Below are positions 34,235-48,119 of a stretch of 64,000 bases of DNA, piece after piece. Made by a program: the position numbers and the translations under genes. The stretch is taken from assembly GCA_965287045.1 (NCBI GenBank), contig OZ336880.1, positions 53,320,001-53,384,000 of the forward strand, read 5' to 3'. Position 1 is the first letter of the stretch, and every line of letters begins with the position of its first letter. The stretch is from Carcharhinus amblyrhynchos (lineage: Eukaryota). A model generated the notes under the pieces. That model had not been told where the DNA came from. It ran no database searches and saw nothing but the letters and a program-made list of their open reading frames with translations.

Positions 34235-37200
34235 GCATTTCAGCACAAGCTGTGCAATTTCAACTATCCCGAATAAGTTCAGTCCTTTTGTTTGGGTACT
34301 ATTCTATTGTCCTTCAGTATCTCATCCAAAGGAGGTGAGGTTTAACAAAGCAAACACAATCCTGTCTTCACTTCATAACCATCCAGCGCAGGAAGCACAG
34401 ATGTATGTTGATCACATGTGGAAAATGCCCCTCTCTAAATCTGGTGCAGACAGTTTATTCAGGTCTCCAGTGACAATGGGCTGTGGTCACCTTGCAGGAA
34501 GAAGGATAGTTCAGTGCTATTCTGGTGTAGAATACTATTTAAATGGAGAGAGATTGTCAAACTTGATTATACAGAGAGATCTGAGTGATCTGGCACATGA
34601 ATCACAACAAGTTAGAATGTAGTAACAGCAATTGATTAGCAAGACAAATGGAATGTTGGGGGGTTTATTGCAAGAGGAATGGAATAAAAAAGTTAGGAAG
34701 TTTTACAACAGTTGTAAAAGACCCTGGTGAGTCTACATCTAGAGGATTGCGTACAGTTTTGATCATCTTTTGAAAAAAGATAAGGGCTGAATTATCCCAA
34801 AAACTACCTAAATGACATTTCATGATCCAGATCGCAATTCACCAACACAGTCATTGTTTTGGAGCCTGCGGCGATTCCAGCTGGCAAAGAGATATGTAGA
34901 CTGGCAAGACCGACTCCCCAGAGATCGGGCCCCTTTTTGAAGGGCATCCCAATCTCAAGTAAAATTGGAGGTTCCCCACACCGTAGACATCGCAACTTTC
35001 CCAGACATGGGGAACACCCCCAACCCTTGACCCCAGAATGGCAACCTCTACCACCATCAACCTCCCCCCAACCACCAACAAACCATACAAACATGGGGCT
35101 AACCAAACATAGCACCATCCCCTAAGCCCCGTTACTTTCACAGGGACCCCTTTCAGGCCCTGCGCCTTCAGGCTTCACCCCCTCAGGCACTCTCTTCAGG
35201 TTCTACTCTTCAGGCCTTGCCCCCTTCAGACCTTCCATTCAGGCCCTGCCCTCTTCAGGCACTCCTTCAGGACCCACAGTCCTCAGGCCTCACACACCCG
35301 TCAGGCACCCTCTTCAGGACTTGCCCCTTGCCAGTGCTAACCTGGCAGTACCAACTTGGTCTCCAGGAGTGCCAAACTGGTCCCTGTCAGGCACCCACTG
35401 GGCTGGCACTTCTGTCCCCATGGCCCTAACCACCCAGGAGTTCCAATGATCTTGGAACCCCCCATTGTGGCCATCACACTTGGTCTCGATTTGTGGAGAC
35501 CAGTAATGATTCCCACCCGCTTCCTTTGGCCAGTGGATCAATGGATACTGGGAGCCAGGTGAATCCGGCTAAAACTTGGCATTGCATATTTAAATGCAAG
35601 TTTAAAAATGCTGAATTTGACTCGCACCCTCGCTAGGCATGAACAAGATTACACTGCAAGGAGTGGAGGGCATTTTGGGAAAATCCCAAAAGGAGTTCAC
35701 CCAGATGCAAATCGTGTTTGGTCCATCTCGCATGATTCTGTGGCCATAATTGTGATTTGTGCCTGGGCACAGAGCTAGAGAATCACCCCATAATTATTTT
35801 AAAAGCAGTGCAGAGAAAGTTCATCTTGGTTTATTTCTGAGTTGAAGGGATTGTCTTATGAAGAAAGATTGAATAGGCTTGGCCTGTATCCATTGAGTTT
35901 AGAGCAATTAGAGGTGACCTTACTAATATATGATCCTGTGGGTATTTAATTAGGTGGAAACTGGGAAGATGTTTCTTTTAGCCGGGGGCTAGAACGAGGT
36001 AACACTGTTTCAGAATATGAGATCTTCCATTTAGTTGGAGATGAGAAGATTTTATTTCTCAAGAGCATGACTAGTCTGTGTAATTCTCTTTCTCTGAAAG
36101 CTGTGGTGACGGAGTCATTGAATTTATTCAAAGTTGAGTTGGATAAGTTTTGATAGACAAGGGAGTCAAGGGTTATGAGGTGCAGAGAGGAAAGTGGAGT
36201 TGAGAGGACAACCAAATCAGTCATGATCTTACTGAATGGTGGAACAGGTTTGAAGGGTGGGTCGCCTACTTCTGCTTGTAATCCTATGTTCCTTTATTTC
36301 TTCAGTAGTAATTCCATCCAATAGGAAAATCAAGCATATAATCTCCATTACTTATGTGGTAAAAGGTCTTGTATGTTCTAAAATTGCTGATCTTTTATTT
36401 TAATATCTTTGTTGGGCTAAGAATCAGCCAGTGATGTTTAATAATGGAAACAGACAGAAATCAGCATTGGCAACAATATTTGACGAATCGGATGCTGTCT
36501 ATTAACATATTTAAGATTGAGTGCAAAAATTTCTCCTTTCTCTCCTTAACAAAAACAATCAGACCAATAGATTTTTAAAATGTATTCATAGGGTCTAAAA
36601 GCCAGAATTTTCTGTTCATTACTTGTTTCCTTTGAGAAAGTGGTAGTGAGCTGCCTTCTTGAACTACTGCACTCTGACTTGTGAAGGTAGTCCTACAAGG
36701 TTGTTAGTGAGGAAGCTCCAGGATTTTGAGCTAGCAGTGATGAAGAAATAATGATACATTTCCAAGTCAGGATGGGGTGTTACTTGAGGGGTGATTCTCC
36801 TATCATGCTGTGCTAAGTTTTTAGCGTGGCGGGCTGGGAGTATAGTGTGTGGGCTGATTCATAGGATTCACACATGCATTCCCATCATGCGTGTATACCC
36901 GAGCACCGGATATCCAGCACTTTCAGGACCACACTGGAAACAAGTCTGAACAGCAGGTTTAAGTGATTTAAATCTTATTTTATTGTTATTTAAATGTGAT
37001 TCGTGGGCCCAGGACTGAAGTTTCTGGGCCCGCGAGCAGCACCTGCCCCCCAAGTATAATTTCACTCTGGTGGGGTTCAGACTAGCTCCCCACTTTCGAG
37101 GAGACTTCGTTGGAGTAAAGGGAGGCAACTGGGAACTCTCAGGGGTGGTGTCCCCTGGGAGTGGGCACCTTAGCAATGCCAATGGGGCAAAGTGCCCATG

Positions 37201-38510
37201 TCCAGGGGGCAGCTTGGCACTACTCATCAGGTATGGGGCAGGGCGAAAGGGGCAGGGCCTGCTAGAGGTTGGGCTGACGGGAAGATCCGTGAGGGTGGGG
37301 CTCCTGCTGTCACTCTGCATTGAGGCTGGAGGGAGGCTAGTTATCAGGGTAGGCTGGGAGGGTAGGGTCTGCTGTGGGAGTGATCATCACTGCTAAAGGG
37401 GGTGGGAGGCTGGAGTTCAGGGTGCTCCAGGATTGGGGGGGGTGGGGGGGGCGGTGGGGTTGGAGCCAGCAATGCAGGCTAACAGACTGGGGCCACTGTA
37501 CATGCGCAGAGTTCCAGAACTGTCAGATTCTGTCGTGAATAGGCTCCCTGAGCTTTTAATTATATTCATGATTGTGACCTCTGCATTGCACAGGGTGTGG
37601 GAGATTCAAGTGTGAACTCCCACCAAAAAAAAAATTGTGAATTATACCAGTTTTCCTATGAATTCAGCACTTAATTTTTTTGGGAGAATCGCCTCCTTGG
37701 ATTGAATTTTCAAGTGGTGATATCCTCAAGCACCTGATTGGAGAGATTTAGGAGTTTCAGGAGAGATGGGAGGTCACAATATTTTCAAAGAATTTGTGAG
37801 AGGAAAGGGAGGTTGGTGATGGGATGGTAGTTTGCAAGTGCAGTGGGGCGAGAGGTTAGTTTTAGGAGAAAAGTGACGATGAAAAACATAAGGAAAGAGC
37901 GACAATGTTTGAGGAGAGACACCCATTAACAATATTGGCTGACATGGGATGAGATGGAGGAGTTACGTGATCAGCAGTTTATTGGGGGCAGGATTAGGGG
38001 AGCAAGAAGTGGGTTTCATAGGCAAGGTGACCTCAGAGAACACGAGAGGAGATTAGAGAGAAATTAGAGAAAGATGCGAGTTCAGGGCTAGGGCAGGGTG
38101 GAGCTTTAGAGGAAGTTAAGAGCAGTGAGCCAGTATTCACTTGCAGTGATTGCTTTGATGAGCCCTTTGGAGGATATTGAAAAACACAAAGGGAAGCCAT
38201 GTTTATTTAAGAGGAAGTCAAACCCTGCTGCAAGAATAGCAACTGTGGGACTCACCTCAGAAGGTTCAGAGTTGTGACATGAAATGGATTCCTGAAGCTT
38301 ATTAACGAGTAGATTGACTTCAATTAATGGTGAATTTGTTTTTTTCAGAGGGAACCCTGGAACCTTTCCTGCTCCTCCATAAAGTAGGTTGATTTCAGCC
38401 AGGATTCAAGTGAAATTTGTAATGAATGGCTTTTTACCTAAGGGTGAGGAGACTTGATCAAGCTGTTTGTTGGCTGTGACAGTTGTGTAAGAATGTGAAT
38501 GTGTTTGTAC
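34235..38510 (-). pseudogene. N: Endogenous paramyxovirus-like N gene (respirovirus-like), copy F, in three pieces: 38130-38510, 36300-36580, 34235-34520
   Basis: Piece 1: KVPGFPLK..FDFLLNKHGFPLC (38184-38219)..LIKAITASE vs recalled Sendai KTDGFIVK..PDTLLQIYGYPAC..LVKAITSS. Piece 2: IFALNLKYV..RQILLPMLISV..NKDIKI. Piece 3: GDLNKL (34451-34468)-15aa-YIC..HLLW..KGLNLFG vs PDINKL-15aa-FIC..PALW and measles GGLNFG. Confidence 0.72.
34522..36295 (+). mobile_element. Degenerate CR1 3' half with a nested TIR element (about 34785-35790)
   Basis: EYYLNGERL..QRDLSDLAHESQQV, resuming at about 35795 to a CR1 tail; the nested element is bounded by ggggctgaattatc ... gagaatcacccc. Confidence 0.8.
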
Positions 38511-39012
38511 ATAAGACTATTATGTTGTAGTTATATCAGATGTGTAATAACCATAATTTGGTGCTCCATAAATACCTTTGGGGCAAAATTTGGTGTCATT
38601 ATGTATGTTGGAGCATGTCCCTTTAAGAGAACAGGTCAGGTGGTCTGGGACTCAAGCTCAGTCTTGTGCTAACTGTGCTACAGGTGTGTTAATAAACAGT
38701 TTCATTTCCACCATTTTTTAGTCCATATTAAACTTCCATGCATGAAAGGGGCGTCCATATTTCTTTTATAAGTTCATTTATAGGATGTAAGTATCACTGG
38801 GCAGGCCAGCATTTCTTGTCCATCCTAGTTGTCCTTGTTCCTTCTTAAACCGCTACAGTCCATGAGATGCAGTACACCCATAGTGCTGTTAGGGAGGGAG
38901 TTTCAGGAGTTTCCATCCACTGACAATGAAGAAACAACTGTATATTTCCAAGTCAGGATGGTATCTGACTTGGAGGGTGGTGGTGTCCCCAAGTATCTGC
39001 TGCTCTGATCTG

Positions 39013-39302
39013 GGGTGGCATGGTGGCACGGTGGTTAGCATTGCTGCCTCACAGTGCCAGGGACCCAGATTTGATTCTCAGCTTGTGTCACTGTCTGTGT
39101 GGAGTATGCACATTCTTCCCGTGTCTGCGTGGGTTTCCTACATGTACACCAGTTTCCTCCCACTGTCCAAAGATGTGCTGGTTAGGTGGATTGGCAGTGC
39201 TAAATTCTCCCTCCATGTACCTGAACAGGCACAGGAACGTGGCGACTAGGTAACTTCATTGCAGTGTTAATGTAAGCCTATCTGTGACTAATAAATAAAC
39301 TT
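39013..39302 (+). mobile_element. V-SINE (HE1-like) nested in a LINE tail
   Basis: gggtggcatggtggcacggtggttagcattgctgcctcacagtgccagggaccc..aataaataaactttt. Confidence 0.9.
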
Positions 39303-39479
39303 TTTCTTATCCTTCTCAATGGTAGCGGTCATGGGTTTGGAAAGTGTTGCTTAAGGAACTTGGGTGAGCTCCTGCAGTGCATTTTACAGATGGCACACAC
39401 TTCTGCCACTGTTCATCAGTGATGGAGAGAGTGAATGTTTCTGGTATGGGTACCAATCAAGCATCATATCATTTTAATC

Positions 39480-39710
39480 TGCTTTAACAACAGACCAGGG
39501 ATTAGTACTTCTATCCACTCAACCTATACAGGGAGACCGGCTCAGAAATGACAACTTCTTTAAAACTAGTAATATTTGCACCTGTAGACTGACAGCTGAT
39601 TAGATATTGTAACATTTTATTGTAACATTAAAGCACTAAATGAACTGCATGCAATAGGTTTTGAATTTAGCTGACAAGATATAGAATAAGAAATAAGGTC
39701 TGCTTGTCTT
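39480..39710 (-). pseudogene. Possible paramyxovirus-like L N-terminus (weak)
   Basis: ADL/ILY-CQLNSKPIA (ORF 39617..39802 plus a frameshift)..ANITSFK vs recalled Sendai SDILYPECHLNSPIV..INITKHK. Confidence 0.3.
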
Positions 39711-42700
39711 TCTGATGTAATTACATAACTTGGATTTCCTGTGTCTGTGCTTCTTTCTTTTCTCCAGTCCTCTGCTGGTCCTTTCTCTCCTGCCTCCTCC
39801 ATTCCTTACTAGTAATTCTACCTTTCATTGCCACGCTTTTAGATACTGTAGTATATTGCAAGACATGAGCATTTAGTTCTATTGTCTTTATACTGTTCTC
39901 TCTTTTGTGGACGTGTAAATAAAGTTAGTTCAATAATGGTTGCCTGCAGTTTAGCATGCAATGTCCCAAATCCTTACAATTGAAGTCCTGGTGTGGTCCT
40001 TATTACCCAAGCACATCTTGGTGTATCTCTCCAATTCTCCAACATTTACTCCTTCTTTGATAACCTCAACTTGTTCCATCTCTCTTTTCAATCCTGTGTC
40101 TACTGTCCTCCAAGAACTATCCTGAGTTTTTCGTCCTTTTTTTCTTCAGCCTCTGCATTATGACTTTAATCTTCATTTCAACTCACCTTGCCCTTTCTCA
40201 TCTGAATTCACTGCCCTCTTGTCCTTGTTAAATCCTTTCCTCCATATAAACTCCTGCCTATTGTTATGTTTGTAGTTGGACACTTGTCCCTTTGAGAGAA
40301 CAGGTCAAGTTAACACGAGGTTAACATGTAAAATTCAAGCACATGATTGAGGATAAGATATTGGCATGGATTGAGACTTGATTAGTAGTTAGGAAACAAA
40401 GAGTAGAAATAAATGTGTCTTTTTGGAGTGGCAGGCTGTGACTGGTGGGGTACTCCAGTGGTCCATGTTTGGGCCCCAGCTATTCACAATATGCATCAAT
40501 AATTTGGATGAGGGAGCCAAAAGTAACATATCCAAGTTTACTCATGATATGAAAACTTGGTTGGAATATCTTTCACCCAGTCACATTGTCTGTACCTTTA
40601 AGACTTGATTACCTGTAAAGACTCGCATTCCAACCATTATGTTGTAAACAAATCAATGACTCTGCTGAAAATAATTTCTGCTTCGTGGAACTTGGCTATC
40701 AGTTTCTGCTCAGTGACTTAGCCCAAACATGGATCACTGCAAGTTGAGGATGGCCTCAACTGGGATTTGGGGTTCATGTCACACTATCTGTAACCCCCAC
40801 AACTTGCCTAGGCTTGCAAAATCTCACGAACCGTCCTGTCTGGAGACAATACACATCTTTTTAACCTGTACTTAACGCTCTCTCCACTCACATTTGACTG
40901 GACCACATCAAGCCTTATAAGGCCACAGTCAACCCTGCCTAACCAGTAGCATTTCAGGATCATCCTAACATTGGCTACCATCTATGAGATAGAAGGCATA
41001 GAAAGAGACTATATGACTTATTATATCACTGCTTACTATTTGCTAGGGCAATCAAAAACTAATCCTCTACTTCAAATAGTTATCAAATTCTCCCTAAATG
41101 TGTCATGATCTCTGTCCAAACACTCATTTCATATTCCAACAACTCTCATTTAAAGTATTATGATGTCCACAGACCGCTAACTTAGAGAATTAAACTTTCA
41201 GCTGATAGCTAAAAGAATAACAAGGCAAGATTTCACGTTTTAAAACTTTTCATGTATCAAATGACCCAGCAAACACAGTACTAAACTTTATTTTCTTTTT
41301 TAAGCAACTTGTACTTTAAATTACTGAAAAGTAAATTGGGCCAGATTTTCATGAAGTTGGGAAGACTCTGAGGAACTTTAAAAATGGCAGACAGAACCCA
41401 CATCTAGAAGTCCTATCCTGAATTCTGCAGATTCCAGTTTTTCCAATATGAGCAACGGAACATGTTGGGATTCACGCATATGGAAAATCCAAACTCAGCG
41501 GGGTGATTTGAAATCAGTGGTGAGTTCAGATCAACTCCATTTTCACTGTGGTAAGGGGCCTATCTCGCGGTGTGGGAGTTACAAATTTGTGGAGCAGATG
41601 TAAATGTTCTTGAATGGCGGATAAGGTCCATAGAACTGTCAAGCTATGAAATTATTTAGATCCACAACCCTTTAAAATTACAAAGGAACAGCCTGCCTGT
41701 GTCATTGAACAGAAAAAAACCCTCTTTTAGCAGTAATAATGACTGTTTGTTAACATTACATAAAACAATCCTCTTATATCATTAATGCTTAGCTGCTTTC
41801 CACAACTTACAGTCATTCAAGTGAGAGTTGGGAAGAGTTGTAACTTCACAATTTTATTGATAACTCTCAGAGGTTCTCAAACGATTAGTTATTTTTAATG
41901 TGGAGTTATGAATATAAGTCTATTTTATAAAGAATTAAGTATTTCCAGGGCTTTTCAATTTTGAATGGCCTTTCATGATGGGAGGTATTTATTTTGCAAC
42001 AGTAAAGACTATAGATACTTATAGATCATTCATCTCAAAATGACCCCTGAGGTTTGTCTATCGTAGATTCTGGAGGGCATGGAGGGTGAAAGGGAAAAAA
42101 AGGATCGTATTTGGGGGTATGGATTGGCATGGGGCTATAAGGAACTATTTGTTAGTAGGTCATGGGTTGTTAATTTAGCACAGGAGCCTTCAGGAGCCAT
42201 GAGGGTGGGTGGGGGCAGGAGATGGCATGAGTCGGCATGGGAGTGGGTTTGGGGTGATAGGATGTGAGGATTAAGGGCTTGAAAGCCAAATATTTAAAAG
42301 ATCAACTTAGATGAGGTCCCAGTAAACCAAGGCAGGCCTTGTAAAAGCCCAATCTGGCATCAGCAGCCATATCCGATCTGTATAGAGGAGTAATAGGCCC
42401 TGGTTGGCAAGCCTAACTCCATTCCACACCTAAACCTCTGAAATGAAAACTGCATTTGAAGGAACATTTTTTCTCAAGGCAAGCTGGGAAACTTCCTGAC
42501 TTGTACTAGCCACTTCAGGAGTGAGAATCCAACCCATTCTCCTCAACACCTATTGCACTCACCATAGAATTACAGTCCTTGTACAAACAGACTACAGTTG
42601 CTCCCAGATTCCAGCGGTTGCATCCTTTATATTTTCCCATCTAGATAACCTCGAATCCTAGAATAAACTTTCATTTTCAGGGTTACACTGCAGATTCATT

Positions 42701-45569
42701 CCTAGTAGCCCAAAGCTAGACAAATCTTCCTGTCTTCCTTATGTCCTCAGAAACTCCATAATCTCAAACTGAGCATAGGCTCATGTCTGTGTTTTGTAGA
42801 GCGAGTCAGCAACTTCTTTGCTTCCAGTGCCTGTATCTTTGCCTCAGATGGTGCAGACTAAACAAACTGCTTTGACTGTGATATTCACAGATTGGTAGGG
42901 ACGTCTCAAAAAATGGTTCCCTCTGCTCTCTTCTCCATGGCAACATGAAACCTTGTATCCAGGCAAGTATGTCAATTAGCTCTCTTTGATCCCATCTACT
43001 TTTAATCTTAGAAGTAAAGGGATACTTCTTTACAACACATATGTTCACAATCTGATACCTATAACACTTTCTGGGACTCATGGTGAACTTAGAGACTGCT
43101 GTTACTATCTCCATGATTTGTCACATCTTGTTCTCAGTAAAATTATCTGAGATCTCCTTTGATCTCTAACAATCAAACCATGCAGAACAAGTCACATGGC
43201 CCTGTTCATTTCACTCTAAATCTAAATATATAATCCCAGAACATAATAATCTTGGAAACCTCACAATTATAACAAACTACATATTTCCTAACCTCTTTGA
43301 GTGTCTGAGTAGCAAACTTAAACTGATGATCCCTCATTGTTAACTTTCCAATAAAACAAAATAGTTCTTCTCCTTTTCTCTCTATCAAGACTTTTAGGGG
43401 GCCATTTTGCACCCATATTTGGTATGAGTGCAAATGGCAATGTGGGCACAAAATCTCATGAGAATTGGAAATCAAGATTTAATTTTCATGCCCTTTGTCA
43501 GTGATGTATTGAGGTTTCCACCCAAAATGAATTTAACATAATTTGATTTTCACATGTATTGGGATGCAGTGAAAAGTATTGTTTCTTGTGCACTATGCAG
43601 ATAAAACATATTGTTCATAGAGTACATTGGGGTGAAGGAAAGGAGTGGGTCCTGAGTATAATTTTACAGTCACAGCAAGGGTGTAGAGAAAGGTTAGATT
43701 GATATACAATAGTCCATGCAAAAGTCTGATTGCAGCAGAGAAGTAGCAGTTCTTGAGCCAGTTGGTACATGATATCAAATTTTCGTATCTTTCCTGACAG
43801 AAAATGGTGGAAGAGAGTATGTCCAGAATGGCACTGCTACAGGGTTGTGGTAATAACTTGCACTCTAGAGAACCCCATTGCGGAGTGTTCTACTACTAGT
43901 AATTGGGGATTGACATTACCCCGTTGCTTGCATGGATGGCGTTGGGGTTGCTCTGATGCTTGTGGGTGGGGATTCCCCAGGTCCTTGGGAGGCAAGTGAG
44001 GAGTTTCTTTGTAGCAGAGGTGGGGGCACCCTTTAAAGATGGCATGCCAATCTCACTAGATCCACAGTGATGCAAAACCACTCCATCAAATTCTTTTGTG
44101 CACAGAATGCCAGACTGCGCTTGCTGTAGGTGGTAAGACAACAGTGAGAGCAAAAACCTTTTTGACCTCATCATCACCAATCTACTTGTCGCAGATGCAT
44201 TTGTTCATGGCAGTTTTGATGACAGTGACTATAGCACAGAGATAAAGTCATGTCTTCACACTGACAACATCCAATGTCATGTTGTATGGCACTACCATCG
44301 TGCTAAATGTGATAGATTCAGAACAGATCCTAGAGTCAAGTCTGGATATCCATGAGACACCGTGGGCTTTATCAGCAGCAAAAACTTGGTGTGAAAGACA
44401 ACACAAGCATTTTTAACCATCTTAAGCCAGAGGTGCTGAGTGGATGATCTATCACAGTTTCCTCTTTAAGTCCCTGACATCACAGGTACAAATCCTTTCC
44501 ACATCCACCCTGTCAAGCTACCTCAGGAGCTTATATGTTTCAGCCAAGTCACCTTTTGTTCTTCTAAATTCCAGCAGATACAGCTGAGCATGTCCAACCC
44601 TACATCTTAAGACAATCTGCCCATTCTAGGTATTAGTCTGGTAAACCTTCTCTGAACTATGCCCTTCCTCAAATAATGTGAGCAATACTAATCACAGTAC
44701 TCCAAATGTGATCACACTAGTGTTCTGTATAACTGAAGCATAATATTCCTATATTTGTATTCAATTTCCCTTACAATAAATGATTCTAATAACTTTCCTA
44801 ATTACTTGCTTCATACAAGTCTGCTGTGATTCTTGCATTAAGGCACCCAAATCATTCAGAGCTCTACAATTTCTCACCAGTTGGATAGTATGCTTCTCTT
44901 TTATTTTTCCTGCCAAGATGGACAACTTGATTTGATTTGATTTGATTTATTATTGTCATATGTATTAGTGCATAGTGAAAAATATTGTTTCTGGCAGGCT
45001 ATAGAGACAAAGCATGCTGTTCATAGAGAAGAAAAGGAGAGGGTGCAGAATGTAGTGTTACAGTCATGGCTGGGGTGTAGAGAAACATCAACTTAGTGCG
45101 AGGTAGGTCCATTCAAGACTCCCAAAACAAGCTCGCTACTCCAAGCTTCATCCCAGCAAGTGATTACCAGGAGGGCGGAGGAAATGTTTCAGGGATGTCC
45201 TCAAAGCTTCCCTGAAAAATTAAACATCCCCATTGATTTGTCAGAATCTCTTGGTCAAGGCCACCCAAATTGGAGAAGAAGCATCCATGAAGGTGCCAGC
45301 CATTTCGAACAATTCTGACATGACCAGGTTGAGGTCAAGTGCAAACAATTGAAGGAGCAGACCAAAATCCGAGCATCCCACCCACCTGCTTCATCAAACG
45401 CTACCTATGCTACCTGTGGCATAGTGTGTGGATCCAGTACTGTACCTTTTAGTCACCTCAGAATCCACAACTCAGGAGTGAGTCCTAAGGGACAGACTAA
45501 GGAAAGAAATGCCAGCAGTTATCCTGGTTTTGAAAATAGGGACTTGTGTTTACGTGGACTTTAGTATAG

Positions 45570-46715
45570 TATTTGACAAAGTCCCTCATGGTAGGTTGGT
45601 ACAAAAGGTTAAATCATAAGGGTGAACTAGCTAGATGGATTCAGAACAGGCTTGATCATAGAAGACAGAGGGTAGCAGTGGAAGGGTGTTTTTCTAAATA
45701 GACGCCTGTAACTAGTGGTTCCACAGGGATCAGTACTGGGACCTCTGTTGTTTGTAATATATATAAATAACTGAAAGAAAACATAGCTAGTCTGATTATC
45801 AAGTTTGCCAATGATACTAAGAATGCTGGAGTTGCAGACAGTGACGAAGATTTTCAGAGAATTCAGCAGGATATAAATAAACTGGAAAATTGGGTGGAGA
45901 AATGGCAGATGGAATTTAATCCAGTCAAATGCAAGGTGACACATTTTGGTAGATCCAATTCAAGTGGAACTATAAAATAAATGGCAGAACCATCAGGAGC
46001 ATAGACACACAGAAAGATCTGGAAATACAGGTCGACAGATCCTTTACAGTGGCAGCACAGGTGGAAAAGGTGGTGAAGAAAGCATATGGCAAGCTTGCCA
46101 TCATCAGCCAGGGTATCCAGGAGAAAAGTTGGCAAATCATTTTACAGTTATATAAAATGTTAGTTAGGCTACATTTGGAATACTGTGTCCAATTCAGGTC
46201 GTCACACTACCAGAAGGACATGGTGGCTTTGGAGAGAGTACAGAAAAGGTTTACCAGGATGTTGCCTGGTATGGAGGGTATTAGCTATGAGGAAAGATAG
46301 AATAAACTGGGATTGTTCTCCCTGGAAAGATGGAAGCTGAGGGATGACCTGATACAAGTTTATAAAATTATGAGGGGCACATATAAGGTGCACAGTTGGA
46401 AGCTTTCTCCCAGGGCAGAAATGACAATTTGCCCCAGGGCAGAAAAGGGGCACACATTCAAGGTAAGGGTTCAAGGTTCAGTAGAGATGTGCGGAGAATG
46501 TTTTTTTACGTGAAGGGTGGCGGGGGACTTGGAATGCACTGCCAAGTGAGATGGTTGGGGCAGATATGTTAGCAACATTTAAAACTTACCTGGATAGGCA
46601 CCTGAACAAGCAGGATATAGAGGGATACAGGCGGTTAGTCTCGATAGACAATGTGATTGGTGTAGGCTTGGTGGGCCGAAGGGCCTGTTCCCACGCTGTA
46701 CTGTTCTTTGTTTCT
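45570..46715 (+). mobile_element. CR1 LINE, 5'-truncated, decayed
   Basis: FDKVPHGRLVQKV..PQGSVLGPLLFVIYIN..KFAND; ORFs 46049..46300 and 46313..46513; ttctttg tail. Confidence 0.92.
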
Positions 46716-48119
46716 TTGTCTTCACATGAGATTTCACATATTAATGTGTAACAACAAAACTATACTTTTATCTTGAGCAAGCAGCATTTTCCTCATTCAA
46801 ATCCTGCATGAACTATAGTCAAGGGACAGGATTTTCAGGTTACGCTCACCCCAAGGTCAAAAATTCCTGCTCGAGTTCCATGGACCTTTTTTGCATGGTC
46901 CGCCCTGTGGCGGATGGAAGGGGAAAATTCCGACCATGGTCTTTGTCCCCTGCTCCCCATTAGTAGGGGAGTCTCTGACCATTAGCTCCACCTTACTTCC
47001 TGAAAATAACTTTGGCACTAAAGTTCCAGAGATTTCTGATTCTTCAATTTCTCAATAAAAATGAGCAGGTCAACTACTCAACAGCGTCAAATCTAACAGC
47101 CTCTGTCTCACTCCCCAAAGTTGAATTCAATTCAGTGACTAATATATTGTATATACATATATATATAAAATCTCTATAGTCCCAGAGGACCATAGGCTAT
47201 TCTCCCATCTGAAATGGAGAGCTAACTGGTAGTGATTTAACATGAGGGTCACCTCGCCTCAGGCAAGGGGCAAGGTTGAGAAAGTGGGCCATCATGAATA
47301 ACAAACATCCAGAGATCTATTCTTCCATTAAGCTCAAGGTAAAAGTATGGATTTTCCAGTTGGAAAGGCAACAGGAGGCAGACCAATACCATGCACAACA
47401 TGCATGATTTTAACTGATTAAAGACGTTTTGTCTTTAGACGATGACCTAGTGGTATTATTGCTAGACTATTCTGCGGACCTGGGTTCGAATCCCACCATG
47501 GCAGCTGGTGAAATTTGAATTCAGTAAAATATATCTGGAATTTAGAATCTACTGGTGACCACAAAACCATTGTTGATTGTCAGAAAAACCCATCTGGTTC
47601 ACTGATGTCCTTTGGGGAAGGAAATCTGCTGTCCTTACCCCGTCTAGCCCACATGTGAGCCACAGCAATGTGATTGACTCTCAACTGCCCTCCAAGGGCA
47701 ATTAGGGATGGGCAGTAAATGCTGGCCAGCCAGTGACACCCATGTCCCAAGACTGAATTAAAAAACGGTGGCCCCAAGGGGCTGGAGGGTTCTAGATTGC
47801 TTACCTTCGATTTTAGGTTAGCTCATCCAGGCCCTGATACCATTTTTGGCAGAGTATACCAATTTGAAGACAGAAGAAACTGTAATTATACAGATGTTTC
47901 AGTCATTTGATTTTGAGGGTCTTATACATGGCAATGGTTTCTATGTGTGGCAGGGATGTACTAAAGAGCCAACTCTACATTCTGATGATTACATTCCATC
48001 ATCACAAGGAATTCAGTGTAATTAGGGCGTTGGTTTTAATAAAGATATAAAAGCAATGATTATGCTGTGCCCAGCAGCAGCAACATCATTCGGCCTATTT
48101 ACAGGAATTACTCACAGGG

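Noticed and set aside
2250-39710. A single integrated full-length viral genome
   Set aside because: The genes are repeated, on both strands and out of N-P-M-F-H-L order. I saw no convincing F or H/HN gene and no intact gene-end/gene-start junction.
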